Shown here in pieces: positions 46,740-57,121 of a DNA stretch of 64,000 nucleotides. The stretch spans positions 1 through 64,000 of IMG/VR virus record IMGVR_UViG_3300032236_001478; one strand, given 5' to 3'. The number at the start of each line of letters is the position of its first letter. Position 1 is the stretch's first letter. The DNA comes from a virus. The translations under genes and the position numbers were made by a program. The notes beneath the pieces are model-generated. The model saw nothing but the letters and a program-made list of their open reading frames with translations. It ran no database searches and was not told the DNA's origin.

Positions 46740-48584
46740 ATGGCAAAAAGTAAAATATCACAATTACCACAATATACAGGAGATACGACAGGTGTTTATC
46801 TTTTGATGGATAATGCAAATCAAACACAAACATTTAAAGTTCTTAAAGAAGATATTATAACAAATATAACTTTACCAACTGGGTTAGTATCAAGTAGTAA
46901 TCAAATTTCATATACTGGATTAACAAACATACCAAATGGTATAATATCAGGTAGTTCACAAGTATTAAATGGTAGTGGTATTATTTCTAGTTCAACACAA
47001 TTAACAGCGTCAATGGATGTTAGATATCTAAATGTAACTGGCGAAAATGTTGTTTCTTCTTCATCACAAATATCTTATACTGGAATTACTAACGTACCTT
47101 CAGGAATTGTTAGTGGATCTGCACAATCAACAACTTGGGGTTATTTAACAACATCGTCATTTAATACTGTTTCTGGTTCATTAGATAGCAGATTAGATGC
47201 CGTAGAGTTATTAAGTTCATCACTTACTGTTGCGGCTAATAGCACAACAAAAATATTAGATAGTGTTTCATATACTAACGCAAGTTCATGGACAGCAACC
47301 TATGCAGGTAATGGTGGGTCAGTTAAGGTTGAAGCTAATTTTACAGCATACGCAAGTTCAACAGGCGGTAAAACAATGACTTTATATCGAGATGGTGTTG
47401 CAGTTGATACTGGATATTTTTATTTTAATACTGCAAATGTTCATGCAACAATGCCAACATTATATTATATTGGAACAAATGAAATAGGTTCACACACTTA
47501 TAGCATTGGTGTTAATTCAGGTGTATTGATAGATCCTCAAGATTACGCATCAATTATTGTAACTGAAGTATTCAATGCTTTGATTACTGGAAGTTTAAAT
47601 TATGTACAAGTTTTAGGAGATAGAAGAGCAGGTATAACTTCATCGGGAACCGCAATTATTAGTGGTAGTATAACAACTAAAGGTAATCCAATACAAATAA
47701 TTGTCACAGGTGATGCGAATCCAATAGGTGCATCTGGTTGGGCAAGATTACAACTTTATAGAAATAGTACACCTATTGGAAATATAGTACAGGCAGAAAA
47801 TGGTTCGAATTTAAACATACCATACTGTTTAAATATTATAGATAATCCAGGTGCTGGGACTTATACTTATTACATGAAAACTGGTACTATGAGTGGTACT
47901 ATAGATTTTGGGGAAGCTAGTGGTCCAACTTTGACAATGATTGAATTAGGTTCTATTGCACAAATGGCTAGTCTTGGATATGCAATAACAGGATCAAATA
48001 CATTTAATGGAGATCAAACAATCACAGGACAAATAAATGTAGGTACAAGTAGTGGTAATGAAGGTGGACAGATAAACTTAGCGTTAGCTCAAACAAACCA
48101 AACGTTAACTGGAAGTGTCAATATTGATGTATATCAAAATAGACTTAGATTTTGGGAAGGTGGCGGAAATGCTAGAGGTGTAAGTATTGATTTAAGTAAA
48201 GCGCCTAATAGTGTTAATGCGGATTTATTATGGAAAATGAGTGGTATTGTAAATGCTGGAACATTTGTAACTTTGGATAATATAAAGGCGACAGTGACAA
48301 CAAGTGGTAATCGTGGTTTAAGTTTAGCAACTGTATCGGGAACGGTCACAGGATATGTTTCAGGTCAATATCAAGTAATGACAGGTGGAGGTGGTGCTGG
48401 TGCAAGCAGTACAAGTTTATCAACAAGCGCAACTACTTCATTGTTTAGTTGGAATTTTACTAGTGAAGGTGATACTGCTACGTACATTTTAAGAGATAAC
48501 ACAAATAATAGAGTTTATAGAATTATTATGATAATTGGTGGTGCATACAACAATAACTTTATTTCAATAGAAAGATTATACTAA
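46740..48584 (+). CDS. tail fibre protein
   Basis: N-terminal KISQLP; GIVSGSSQ repeats; TGSNTFNGDQT; late box at 46725. Confidence 0.7.
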   Translation: MAKSKISQLPQYTGDTTGVYLLMDNANQTQTFKVLKEDIITNITLPTGLVSSSNQISYTGLTNIPNGIISGSSQVLNGSGIISSSTQLTASMDVRYLNVTGENVVSSSSQISYTGITNVPSGIVSGSAQSTTWGYLTTSSFNTVSGSLDSRLDAVELLSSSLTVAANSTTKILDSVSYTNASSWTATYAGNGGSVKVEANFTAYASSTGGKTMTLYRDGVAVDTGYFYFNTANVHATMPTLYYIGTNEIGSHTYSIGVNSGVLIDPQDYASIIVTEVFNALITGSLNYVQVLGDRRAGITSSGTAIISGSITTKGNPIQIIVTGDANPIGASGWARLQLYRNSTPIGNIVQAENGSNLNIPYCLNIIDNPGAGTYTYYMKTGTMSGTIDFGEASGPTLTMIELGSIAQMASLGYAITGSNTFNGDQTITGQINVGTSSGNEGGQINLALAQTNQTLTGSVNIDVYQNRLRFWEGGGNARGVSIDLSKAPNSVNADLLWKMSGIVNAGTFVTLDNIKATVTTSGNRGLSLATVSGTVTGYVSGQYQVMTGGGGAGASSTSLSTSATTSLFSWNFTSEGDTATYILRDNTNNRVYRIIMIIGGAYNNNFISIERLY

Positions 48585-48585
48585 T

Positions 48586-48954
48586 ATGGAGTTTTTTATA
48601 AGACAAGGTTCAAATGAACCAATTTTAAAATTAAAGCTTATCGATGATGGTAAGAATGATTTATCATCTTTTAATGATAGGTTAGAAAATAGTGTAATTA
48701 CCTTCGAAATGTCCGATATTGTTACAGAAGCACCACAAGTATTAAATGGTCAATGCCTTCTTACTAATAAAATACAATTATATAATCAAACAACACCAGA
48801 ATATTATATAACTTACAGATTTTCAAGCGATGATACATCTGTAAAAGGAAAATATGAAGGGATTATTACAATACAATTTTTAGATACAAACTCAAATCCA
48901 ACGACTAAATTGATTCTACCGATTAATGAAAAATTATACATTAATGTGGTGTAA
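48586..48954 (+). CDS. BppU-like Ig-fold tail protein
   Basis: FFIRQG..PILKLKL...DT..GKYEG...LILP...YINV. Confidence 0.55.
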   Translation: MEFFIRQGSNEPILKLKLIDDGKNDLSSFNDRLENSVITFEMSDIVTEAPQVLNGQCLLTNKIQLYNQTTPEYYITYRFSSDDTSVKGKYEGIITIQFLDTNSNPTTKLILPINEKLYINVV

Positions 48955-49047
48955 TTTGTTTTTTTAAGTTTTTTTTTATATATTAGTTACGTTAAAGGCA
49001 AATTACAATTTATTGTAAGCTAATGTGTCACCATATAAAATAAAAAA

Positions 49048-51954
49048 ATGAAAGAGGTCATCTCTCAAGAAGTCATTGAAGATTTCTTAAACGGCTCAGA
49101 TCCTGAGCAGTATATCGTCAATTTAGAGTACGATTACAGATCCAATACAATTTACAAAATTATTCAAGATCCTGAGAAAGGTAAAATTGTAACACAAGAT
49201 ACTTTTACACCATTCTTATGGGTTGGTGATTTAGTTGGTCTTAATTTCTATAACAATAGAAAGAGTGAACAAAAAAGAAAAATGACCGAGCATGGCATTT
49301 TAATTGAAAGACTTGAGACACATGGTAATGAAAGGCTTGAAGCTGGATTATGTTACATGGTAAAAAGTTTAAAGTCATATACAAACCTCATATCTTTTTT
49401 CAAAGAAGGTGGTTTAGATCCATGGGGAGAAAAACATAAAAAGTATTTTCAAATACTATCTCCGGTTGAACAATATCTTGTACAAAAAAAGAAAAGATTA
49501 TTTAAGGGAATTGAAGAATATGATGATGTTCACAGACTTGTATTCGATATTGAGACCACGGGTTTAGATCCATTGGTCGACAAAATAATTTTGATAGGTT
49601 TAAAAGATAATAAAGGTTTTTCTAAAACACTAGATGCGTTTGGTGACGAAGGTGAAAAACAATGTATTGAAGATTTCTTTTTATTAGTAAAAGAATTAAA
49701 ACCAACAATATTAGCAGGTTATAACTCAGCTGCGTTTGACTTTCCATTTATTATAAAAAGGGCTGAAATATTAGGTATTGATGTTTCTAGTTTAACAAAA
49801 GTATTAAATCCAAAAGAAGGTCTCAAGCAAAGAGAAGCAATGCTAAAATTAGCAAATGAAGTTGAACCTTATAATCAATTTATGATATGGGGGGTTAGTA
49901 TTATTGATATTGCTCATGCGGTTAGACGTGCACAGGCAATTAATTCTGAAATCAAATCATGGGGATTAAAATATATCACAAAATATCTAGAGAAAGAGAA
50001 ACCTAATCGTGTCTATGTTGATGGCGCATTTATTTCTAAAATTTATTTAGAGAATGAAAGTTATTATGCTAATCCAAAAACAGGAAATTATAAATTAATT
50101 GGAGAACCTGGAACTGAAGGTTTACTTGAAAAGTATCCAGGTAAGTTTGAAATATGGACAGGTAGAAAAATTGTGGAACAATATCTAGATGATGACTTAT
50201 ATGAAACTATGGTTGTAGATGATAGTTTCTCACAATCAACATTCTTATTATCAAAAGTAATTCCAACAACATATGAACGTGTAGCTACTATGGGTACTGC
50301 AACACTTTGGAAAATGGTTATGTCAGCTTGGAGTTATGAACATAATTTAGCAATACCGGCACGAGATGAAAAAAGAGCAATTACAGGTGGATTATCTAGA
50401 TTGTTAAACGTTGGTTATGCGAAAAATATTGTTAAGTTTGACTATGCTTCTCTATACCCATCTATTCAATTAGTATATGATGTATTTCCAGAATGCGATG
50501 TGATGGGGGTGCAAAAATCAATGTTAAAATACTTTCGAAATATTCGTATTAAATATAAAAGATTAACTGGTGAATATAAAACATCTAATCCTGCATTATC
50601 TGAAATGTATGATAGAAAACAGTTACCAATTAAGATTTTTATTAACGCATACTTTGGATCATTATCTGCACCACACGTATTTCCTTGGGGTGATATGAAT
50701 ATGGGTGAAACAATTACATGTGTTGGTAGACAATGTTTGAGAATGATGATTATGTTTTTCCAAAAGAAAGGATATAAACCTCTTGTGATGGATACGGATG
50801 GTGTTAACTTTGAAACTCCTGATGATATTGATTCACATGTTTATATTGGTAAAGGTTTAAATGAATTATCAATAGAAGGTAAAGAATACATAGGAATAGA
50901 AGCTGACACTGCTGAATTCAATGATTTATTTATGCGAAATGAAATGGGTTTGGATATTGATTATACCGCGCCTGCTTGTATTAACATATCTAGAAAAAAC
51001 TACATCATCAAATTGATGAAGAAAGGTAAAGAAAAGATTAAGTTAACGGGTAATACTATTAAATCAAAAAAATTACAACAATATGTTGTAGATTTCTTAG
51101 ATGATGGTTTAAAGTATTTGTTAAATGGTGACGGTCATACTTTTTTAGAATTGTATTATGAAACAATAGAAAAACTTTATAATAAAGAAATACCTTTAGC
51201 AAAGATTGCAAATAAATCTCGTGTTAAACAAAGTATTAATGATTATAAAAAACACACTAAGAAAGTAACAAAGTCTGGTTCACTTATGGCAAGACAAGCA
51301 CATATGGAACTTGTTTTACAAAATGATTATCCAGCAACGTTAGGTGAAACAATTTATTATGTAAACAATGGTGTGAAAAAATCTAGTGGCGATGTTCAAA
51401 AAATAACAAAACCAACTAAAAAACAACAAGAAGAATACACAACTAAACATGGTAAGTTAATGCCTAATGATTATATTGAGATTAACTGTTACATGATACC
51501 TGAAAAAGAAATTGTTAATAACCCAGAATTAAAAGGTGACTATAACGTAGCGAGATACATTAGTATTTTTAATAAAAGAATTGAACCACTTTTAGTTGTA
51601 TTCAAACCTGAAATAAGAGATGACATTTTAATTGAGGCACCAGAAGAAAGACAATATTTTACTAAAACACAATGTGATTTAGTTTCTGGATTTCCATTAA
51701 AAGAAGATGGGCAAGATAAAATAGAAGAGGTGATGACACTATCTGATAGTGAAGTAATCTTTTGGAATAGAGTTAACAGAGATCCATTCTTCATGTATGT
51801 TGATAACACAATTGAATTAGTTGATCAATATTGGGTTGAACATAATAGAAAAGTTGTTGCTTTTCAAGTTCAAAGTATCAAGAATAATGAAGATGAAGAA
51901 ATCATAGAAAATAATGCACATGATTTTGCTTATCATGCAACATCAGGCGATTAA
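49048..51954 (+). CDS. family B DNA polymerase
   Basis: ExoI FDIETTG, ExoII GYNSAAFD, DYASLYPS, KIFINAYFG, DTDG. Confidence 0.93.
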   Translation: MKEVISQEVIEDFLNGSDPEQYIVNLEYDYRSNTIYKIIQDPEKGKIVTQDTFTPFLWVGDLVGLNFYNNRKSEQKRKMTEHGILIERLETHGNERLEAGLCYMVKSLKSYTNLISFFKEGGLDPWGEKHKKYFQILSPVEQYLVQKKKRLFKGIEEYDDVHRLVFDIETTGLDPLVDKIILIGLKDNKGFSKTLDAFGDEGEKQCIEDFFLLVKELKPTILAGYNSAAFDFPFIIKRAEILGIDVSSLTKVLNPKEGLKQREAMLKLANEVEPYNQFMIWGVSIIDIAHAVRRAQAINSEIKSWGLKYITKYLEKEKPNRVYVDGAFISKIYLENESYYANPKTGNYKLIGEPGTEGLLEKYPGKFEIWTGRKIVEQYLDDDLYETMVVDDSFSQSTFLLSKVIPTTYERVATMGTATLWKMVMSAWSYEHNLAIPARDEKRAITGGLSRLLNVGYAKNIVKFDYASLYPSIQLVYDVFPECDVMGVQKSMLKYFRNIRIKYKRLTGEYKTSNPALSEMYDRKQLPIKIFINAYFGSLSAPHVFPWGDMNMGETITCVGRQCLRMMIMFFQKKGYKPLVMDTDGVNFETPDDIDSHVYIGKGLNELSIEGKEYIGIEADTAEFNDLFMRNEMGLDIDYTAPACINISRKNYIIKLMKKGKEKIKLTGNTIKSKKLQQYVVDFLDDGLKYLLNGDGHTFLELYYETIEKLYNKEIPLAKIANKSRVKQSINDYKKHTKKVTKSGSLMARQAHMELVLQNDYPATLGETIYYVNNGVKKSSGDVQKITKPTKKQQEEYTTKHGKLMPNDYIEINCYMIPEKEIVNNPELKGDYNVARYISIFNKRIEPLLVVFKPEIRDDILIEAPEERQYFTKTQCDLVSGFPLKEDGQDKIEEVMTLSDSEVIFWNRVNRDPFFMYVDNTIELVDQYWVEHNRKVVAFQVQSIKNNEDEEIIENNAHDFAYHATSGD

Positions 51955-53066
51955 ATCATAGTAAACGGAGTTGGCATCGCACGAAACTTAAGAGCTTTGT
52001 TTGTGTTTTCAGCTTCGTTTGCTTTTCTTTCTAACATTTTGTCTGGACGTAATCTTTCAAGACGAGCCATTAATTCTTCAATTAATTTTGATCTTTCATC
52101 CTTACCTTCAGTAAGTAATGATTGATAATCTAATTGAACTTCGCTGTCTGGAACTTTAAGTGCTCCTGAAAATTTACCATAAATTCTACCAAGCGATTCT
52201 TTAGCATATCCTGTCATATACTTTCTTACCCAGTTTTGTGCTGGTCTATTTAAGTCATCCCAGGTAAGTTGTTGTGTCATTACATCTGAAGGTAATTTAA
52301 CAATATCTTTGTTTTGTGATAAACAAGTGTCTCTATCTTGTGTGTCGTAGTACCAATACCAAACTTTAAAGTTGTTTTGTACAATGTTTAAGAAATCAAA
52401 TCGACCTCCAGGGGTATTGTATAAGTGAATATATTTTTTCCCATCAGGACCTGCAGTAATTCTATATGTACAATCGCCACCTATCAATCTATTTTTAATA
52501 TTTCTGTCTTGCATTCTAGCTAACAAATCATAAGCTGGAAGCATAAAATAAGAACCTTGAGCACCTACTTGAGCAAATCCACCCACGCCACCAAATCCAA
52601 CACCACCTAATCCGCCAAATCCACCCATGAATGGATCTACAATAGAATCTGTTAATGTAGCACGGCTAAACCATAAAAGTTCATTTATTTCTCTTCCTGC
52701 TGGAATTTCGTAAACTTGTTGACCCGATACTAAAGTAAAGAAGTCCTTTTTAAGAATATTATCTCCGTTTGCTTGTAAACCAACAATTTTAGAATATGCA
52801 TAACTAAATCTTGTTTCGTAGTTTAAATCATTTGTAATAAATGCTCTCGCTACGGACTGAGTGTCAACATTAATACCGATTAATTCACCCCATTGAGATT
52901 CAATTAACCAGTTATTTACATATTCTTCATAATCATTAAGAGATAATTCGATGAATGTATCTAATTGTTCTTCAGTTAATTCTATACCTCTAACCGGCAT
53001 CCCTAACAAATTAAGGATTTGTGAATATAGTTTTTCTTTTTCTGTTGCACTTATTGGAGTAGCCAT
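51951..53066 (-). CDS. neck/head-tail adaptor (T4 gp13-like)
   Basis: LGMPVRGIELTEEQL; WVRKY...K..LG...GKF; TATTTAT upstream. Confidence 0.75.
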   Translation of the reverse strand: MATPISATEKEKLYSQILNLLGMPVRGIELTEEQLDTFIELSLNDYEEYVNNWLIESQWGELIGINVDTQSVARAFITNDLNYETRFSYAYSKIVGLQANGDNILKKDFFTLVSGQQVYEIPAGREINELLWFSRATLTDSIVDPFMGGFGGLGGVGFGGVGGFAQVGAQGSYFMLPAYDLLARMQDRNIKNRLIGGDCTYRITAGPDGKKYIHLYNTPGGRFDFLNIVQNNFKVWYWYYDTQDRDTCLSQNKDIVKLPSDVMTQQLTWDDLNRPAQNWVRKYMTGYAKESLGRIYGKFSGALKVPDSEVQLDYQSLLTEGKDERSKLIEELMARLERLRPDKMLERKANEAENTNKALKFRAMPTPFTMI

Positions 53067-53093
53067 AGACTTTGTTTATAAGAATAAATATCA

Positions 53094-53101
53094 TATATTT
53101 G
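53094..53101 (+). promoter_or_regulatory. Bacteroidota -7 element TATATTTG
   Basis: Exact TAnnTTTG 4 nt before ATG 53106. Confidence 0.5.
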
Positions 53102-53105
53102 GGTT

Positions 53106-53303
53106 ATGAACGAAACATTATTAACCATATTCCAAGTAGCTGGACAAAAAGATTATGAATTTTCATACAAAACAGGAACATTACCTGAAAATGTTTTTAC
53201 ATTAGATAAGGACAATAAAAAATTATTTGTTTTTATTGGTAATCCTGAAGCAGAAGATTTAGATACTATTCTGAAGGACTTGTTGGTAAATCTTCAGAAA
53301 TAA
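53106..53303 (+). CDS. small hypothetical protein
   Basis: 65-aa ORF with its own promoter motif. Confidence 0.55.
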   Translation: MNETLLTIFQVAGQKDYEFSYKTGTLPENVFTLDKDNKKLFVFIGNPEAEDLDTILKDLLVNLQK

Positions 53304-55047
53304 CTGCACTGATTACATCTTTGGTAAACGATTCTGAATATTCTCCTTCACCCATTACCTGGTCAATTACATTCTTCTTCTTTTGAAGGATATTGTAAAT
53401 TTGCATTTCAATTGTATTCTCAAAAACAGGGTAATATACTAAGACACCTTTTGTTTGTCCGTAGCGATATGCTCTATCTTCGCCTTGTGAGTGATCCGCC
53501 GGCACAAAAGATAAGTCATTCATAATCACAACTTCCGCAGCAGTCAATGTAAGGCCCACACCTGCTGCTTTGATGTTACCAATGAATACTCTGATTTTGT
53601 CATCGTTTTGAAACCTATCAACCGATACCTGTCTTTTATCCTTAGACATACGACCATCAACAGTTACAGAGTTCTTTTTATATTTCTCATGTATCATATC
53701 TAAAGTTAAAGTAAAGTTGGTTAAAACGATTACTTTTTTACCTTGTTCAAGACATTTATCAATTAATTCACAAGTAAATGGTACCTTTTCATAAGATATC
53801 AATTGTCTTATTTTCATAAGTCTATTCAATGTAACCGAAATGCTTTCTTTCTTTTGATTTTCTTTGGTAATTCTCATGAACTCATCTAACTCATCGTCAT
53901 ATAGAGTGTTTTTAAGCTCCAAAAATACAGGGGCGATAATCTTCTCAGGGAGATCTAGGATATCTGTCTTTAATCGTCTTAAAATGATGTTCTTGGTCCT
54001 TTCTCGTAGCTCATCTAGATTGCTAGATCCGCTAGTGTTCCAAATCTTTTTATTTCCAACAGTAAATTGGAAGCCCTTACAATATCTACGAACATAGTTT
54101 TGCCAATTAAGGGTTAAAGGTGATCTAACAATCTTAAGTAAGTTAAAATAGTTTATAGGTCTTGAAGTCATTGGTGTACCCGTGAGCAACCATACTTTAG
54201 GTATTTTTTCTAAAATGTCATTCAATAACTTGGTTCGCTGCGCTGTGCTGTTAGATATATAATGCGCTTCGTCCACTATCGCTAATTCAAACTTTTCATT
54301 TGTAATTAATTTATATGCATCGCTATCCTCACTCTTTTCAGTTGTATGGAAGTTTTTAAGAATATCGTAGTTAATAATGTAGAAATCAAAAGTTGAACCC
54401 CATTTTCTACCCTCAACAATTAAAATACGTCTATTTGTGTAGTTTTTAATCTCTCTTTCCCAGTTAATCTTTAATGATGCTGGACATACAATCAATACTT
54501 TCTTAGCTTCACTTTCAATCGAAGCGAGAACCGCAGCGGTAGTTTTACCAAGACCCATGTCATCGGCTAAAATGAACCTATCATTAGCCAAAAGACGTTC
54601 AATAGCAATTTTTTGATGCTCCATTGGTGGTCTTACATCATATTTTGAATAATCAATAACTCTATTAAGTTTTTTTTCTTCAGCAAGTAATGCAAACTTA
54701 GGTATCCACATTGCAGATAACGCTTCGCTTTCAAAAAGTCTTCCCCATATATGAAATGCTTTGTCAGAATCACATAATAATTTCTCAACCCATACTTTTT
54801 CAGGGGCTTTAGACAATAGTTTATCTTCTTTTAACTTTTCAGCAAAGCTTGCGTCTAGGTTAACAAACTTCCTAGCTACTTTAGGAATGGTATTTTGATG
54901 TTTTAAAACATAATCTGCTTGTGTTCTAGTTAGCGCATAGTTTTTATTGTCAAAAAGTCTCCTTTTCCACTCCAATATTTGATTATTAGATCCAGAATAA
55001 GATGTTAATATCTCTCTAGCTTCAATTTCAGGTATTTTAGTGCTCAT
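53266..55047 (-). CDS. SNF2/SMARCAL1-like helicase
   Basis: LADDMGLGKT, VDEAH, LTGTP, GVGLTL, QGEDRAYRYGQ; likely start MSTKIPE. Confidence 0.9.
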   Translation of the reverse strand: MSTKIPEIEAREILTSYSGSNNQILEWKRRLFDNKNYALTRTQADYVLKHQNTIPKVARKFVNLDASFAEKLKEDKLLSKAPEKVWVEKLLCDSDKAFHIWGRLFESEALSAMWIPKFALLAEEKKLNRVIDYSKYDVRPPMEHQKIAIERLLANDRFILADDMGLGKTTAAVLASIESEAKKVLIVCPASLKINWEREIKNYTNRRILIVEGRKWGSTFDFYIINYDILKNFHTTEKSEDSDAYKLITNEKFELAIVDEAHYISNSTAQRTKLLNDILEKIPKVWLLTGTPMTSRPINYFNLLKIVRSPLTLNWQNYVRRYCKGFQFTVGNKKIWNTSGSSNLDELRERTKNIILRRLKTDILDLPEKIIAPVFLELKNTLYDDELDEFMRITKENQKKESISVTLNRLMKIRQLISYEKVPFTCELIDKCLEQGKKVIVLTNFTLTLDMIHEKYKKNSVTVDGRMSKDKRQVSVDRFQNDDKIRVFIGNIKAAGVGLTLTAAEVVIMNDLSFVPADHSQGEDRAYRYGQTKGVLVYYPVFENTIEMQIYNILQKKKNVIDQVMGEGEYSESFTKDVISAVISEDLPTSPSE

Positions 55048-55096
55048 ATTAAAGAAATATAAATAATAACAATCACTTTGTGTACTATTTATTGGT

Positions 55097-55609
55097 ATGA
55101 ATAACAAATTACCAATCACCCGTTTAGGTAAGTTTTTCTCTAACGAAGACTTTGATTTACAGATACAAATAGGTCAGGAATATTTGAGTGGTGACTTGAA
55201 TATGAAGCTTGTTTTATTCCGTGTGGATAGACAAAAGACAAGTAATGATGATGTATATGGTGAAGTTGGGGCTGATGAGATCAAGTATTTCCCTCCAGTT
55301 GAGTTTAATGCATTAGTTAGAATTGATGCACCAACTAATAAATCATATAAATCTGGTTTAATGAGATACAATGAACCAGGAAATATGACTATATCTGTTT
55401 ACTTAAAGCAATTAGAAGATTTGGGTGTTGAAATTAAGTACGGAGATTATATTGGTTATCCTGAAACTGAAGAGAGAATGAGATATTATACAGTTACAAA
55501 TGACGGTAAGGTTACTTCAGACAATAAACACAACTTATTTGGTTATAGACCATATTATAGAACAATAACTTGTACACCAGCACAAGAAAAAGAATTTAGA
55601 GGAGTATAA
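55097..55609 (+). CDS. head closure/neck protein (gp14-like)
   Basis: DDVYGE..., IKYGDYI; located before tail terminator; TATTTATT 3 nt upstream. Confidence 0.6.
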   Translation: MNNKLPITRLGKFFSNEDFDLQIQIGQEYLSGDLNMKLVLFRVDRQKTSNDDVYGEVGADEIKYFPPVEFNALVRIDAPTNKSYKSGLMRYNEPGNMTISVYLKQLEDLGVEIKYGDYIGYPETEERMRYYTVTNDGKVTSDNKHNLFGYRPYYRTITCTPAQEKEFRGV

Positions 55610-55610
55610 C

Positions 55611-56843
55611 ATGCCATTACCAAGAAGAAAAACAGACATACAGATTTACAAGGGTAAAGAGTTGACAGATAGAAGACAGGAGATGTTGAACATGATTACC
55701 AAAGAAAACACCTATCTTCCTGAGCCAATTTTACATGATGACCTAGATAGAGGTATGTTAGATTTCATTAACAATAATTTCAAAATTGTTAGTGATGGTA
55801 AAACAATTCCAGTTATACAAAAGATTTTAACAATTCAAAGATGGGCGGAAGTTTTAAATAATTGGGAGTTTGCTGATGACGATAATAACATGAAAGTACC
55901 TTTTATAGGTATAATCAGAAGACCAGATGTTCAACCTGGCACAAATCCATCAATTACAAGAACAATACCACAAAGGTTGCCAGTACACTACGCGACCGTA
56001 GCGACTTGGAATGGAACACAAATGGGTGCTGACGTTTACAAAATACCTCAGCCCGTAGCGATTGATATTAGCTTTGATGTTACGATTGTGTGTAGTAAAA
56101 TTAGAGAACTTAATAAGTTGAACAAAACTGTAATGCAAATTTTTTCATCTAGACAAGCTTACACAACAGTAAAAGGTCACTATATTCCTATTGTTTTGGA
56201 AAAGGTTGAGGATAATTCACCTATTGATCAAATTGATGGTCGTAGATTTTATCTACAAAACTATTCGTTTACAATGTTAGGATTTTTAATCGATGAAGAA
56301 GAGTTTGAGGTAAAACCAGCCGTAAGTAGGTTCATGTTACTTACTGAATTTATAAAATCGAATAATTATGCTAAAAAGTTTATCAATAAATTAATTAACA
56401 TAGTTGTTGCAACATTTAGAGCAGATGGAATGCAAACCTCATTCAGTGTGGGTGAATCTATAGCAATCCTATTTAATGTGGAAATCAATGGTTTGATACA
56501 AGAAAGGGATGTTGACTATTATCATATTGTTGGAACATCTAAAATTACTTTTGATACGGCACCATACCAAGGAAGTGTAATTACAATCAAGTATTATGCA
56601 GGTAAAAGTAGCGTTCTTATTGACAACTATGGTAAACAATTACAAGTTGCGACTGAAAACTTCTATTATAGTGATAGTTTAATATTCCCAACTATAAATG
56701 GTATCAATAGTGTTGTAAGTGTAGACGTTAATGGTATTGCTCAAGAAGAAAATGTTGGATTTGAAATCCATACAGCAACTAGCATCAAATTATTAGCCAC
56801 ACCTTTGGTTGGGTGGAAAGTAGGTATCACTTACTTATATTAA
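55611..56843 (+). CDS. tail terminator/completion protein (gp15-like) with C-terminal beta extension
   Basis: Synteny between neck and sheath; P..I.R..., PQPV.IDISFDVTI. Confidence 0.6.
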   Translation: MPLPRRKTDIQIYKGKELTDRRQEMLNMITKENTYLPEPILHDDLDRGMLDFINNNFKIVSDGKTIPVIQKILTIQRWAEVLNNWEFADDDNNMKVPFIGIIRRPDVQPGTNPSITRTIPQRLPVHYATVATWNGTQMGADVYKIPQPVAIDISFDVTIVCSKIRELNKLNKTVMQIFSSRQAYTTVKGHYIPIVLEKVEDNSPIDQIDGRRFYLQNYSFTMLGFLIDEEEFEVKPAVSRFMLLTEFIKSNNYAKKFINKLINIVVATFRADGMQTSFSVGESIAILFNVEINGLIQERDVDYYHIVGTSKITFDTAPYQGSVITIKYYAGKSSVLIDNYGKQLQVATENFYYSDSLIFPTINGINSVVSVDVNGIAQEENVGFEIHTATSIKLLATPLVGWKVGITYLY

Positions 56844-56998
56844 GATTCACCGTAAATGTCTTTTTTCTTGGGTTTACAGGTCTCATCTATTAGTTTTTCA
56901 AGAACTCTGTAAATTTTAAGCCCTTGTTTAGCACAATAGTCTTTTAATAAGTCATGATGTTTCTCACTTATTTTAACATTTTTTGTTTTCATTTTCAT
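56840..56998 (-). CDS. 52-aa ribbon-helix-helix-like DNA-binding protein (not in ORF track)
   Basis: MKMKTKNVKISEKHHDLLKDYCAKQGLKIYRVLEKLIDETCKPKKKDIYGES*. Confidence 0.65.
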   Translation of the reverse strand: MKMKTKNVKISEKHHDLLKDYCAKQGLKIYRVLEKLIDETCKPKKKDIYGES

Positions 56999-57002
56999 AT
57001 CT

Positions 57003-57045
57003 AAAGATAAATAAGGATAAAATAGGATAAAATACTATCTAAATA
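57003..57045. repeat. GATAAA(A)T direct repeats, candidate RHH operator
   Basis: AAGATAAAT-AAGGATAAAAT-AGGATAAAAT-ACTATCT immediately upstream of the RHH gene. Confidence 0.45.
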
Positions 57046-57080
57046 GTGAAAATCTTGGAAATCTTTGTTGAAATCAAAGA

Positions 57081-57088
57081 TATTTATA
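57081..57088 (+). promoter_or_regulatory. putative late promoter TATTTATA
   Basis: Upstream of sheath gene. Confidence 0.6.
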
Positions 57089-57121
57089 AGTTAAATAATA
57101 AATTTTTAATTAAATCAATCA

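Noticed and set aside
17545-51954. Introns or inteins in terminase, portal, capsid or polymerase
   Set aside because: ORFs are continuous with ordered motifs; no intein C...HN or LAGLIDADG signature seen
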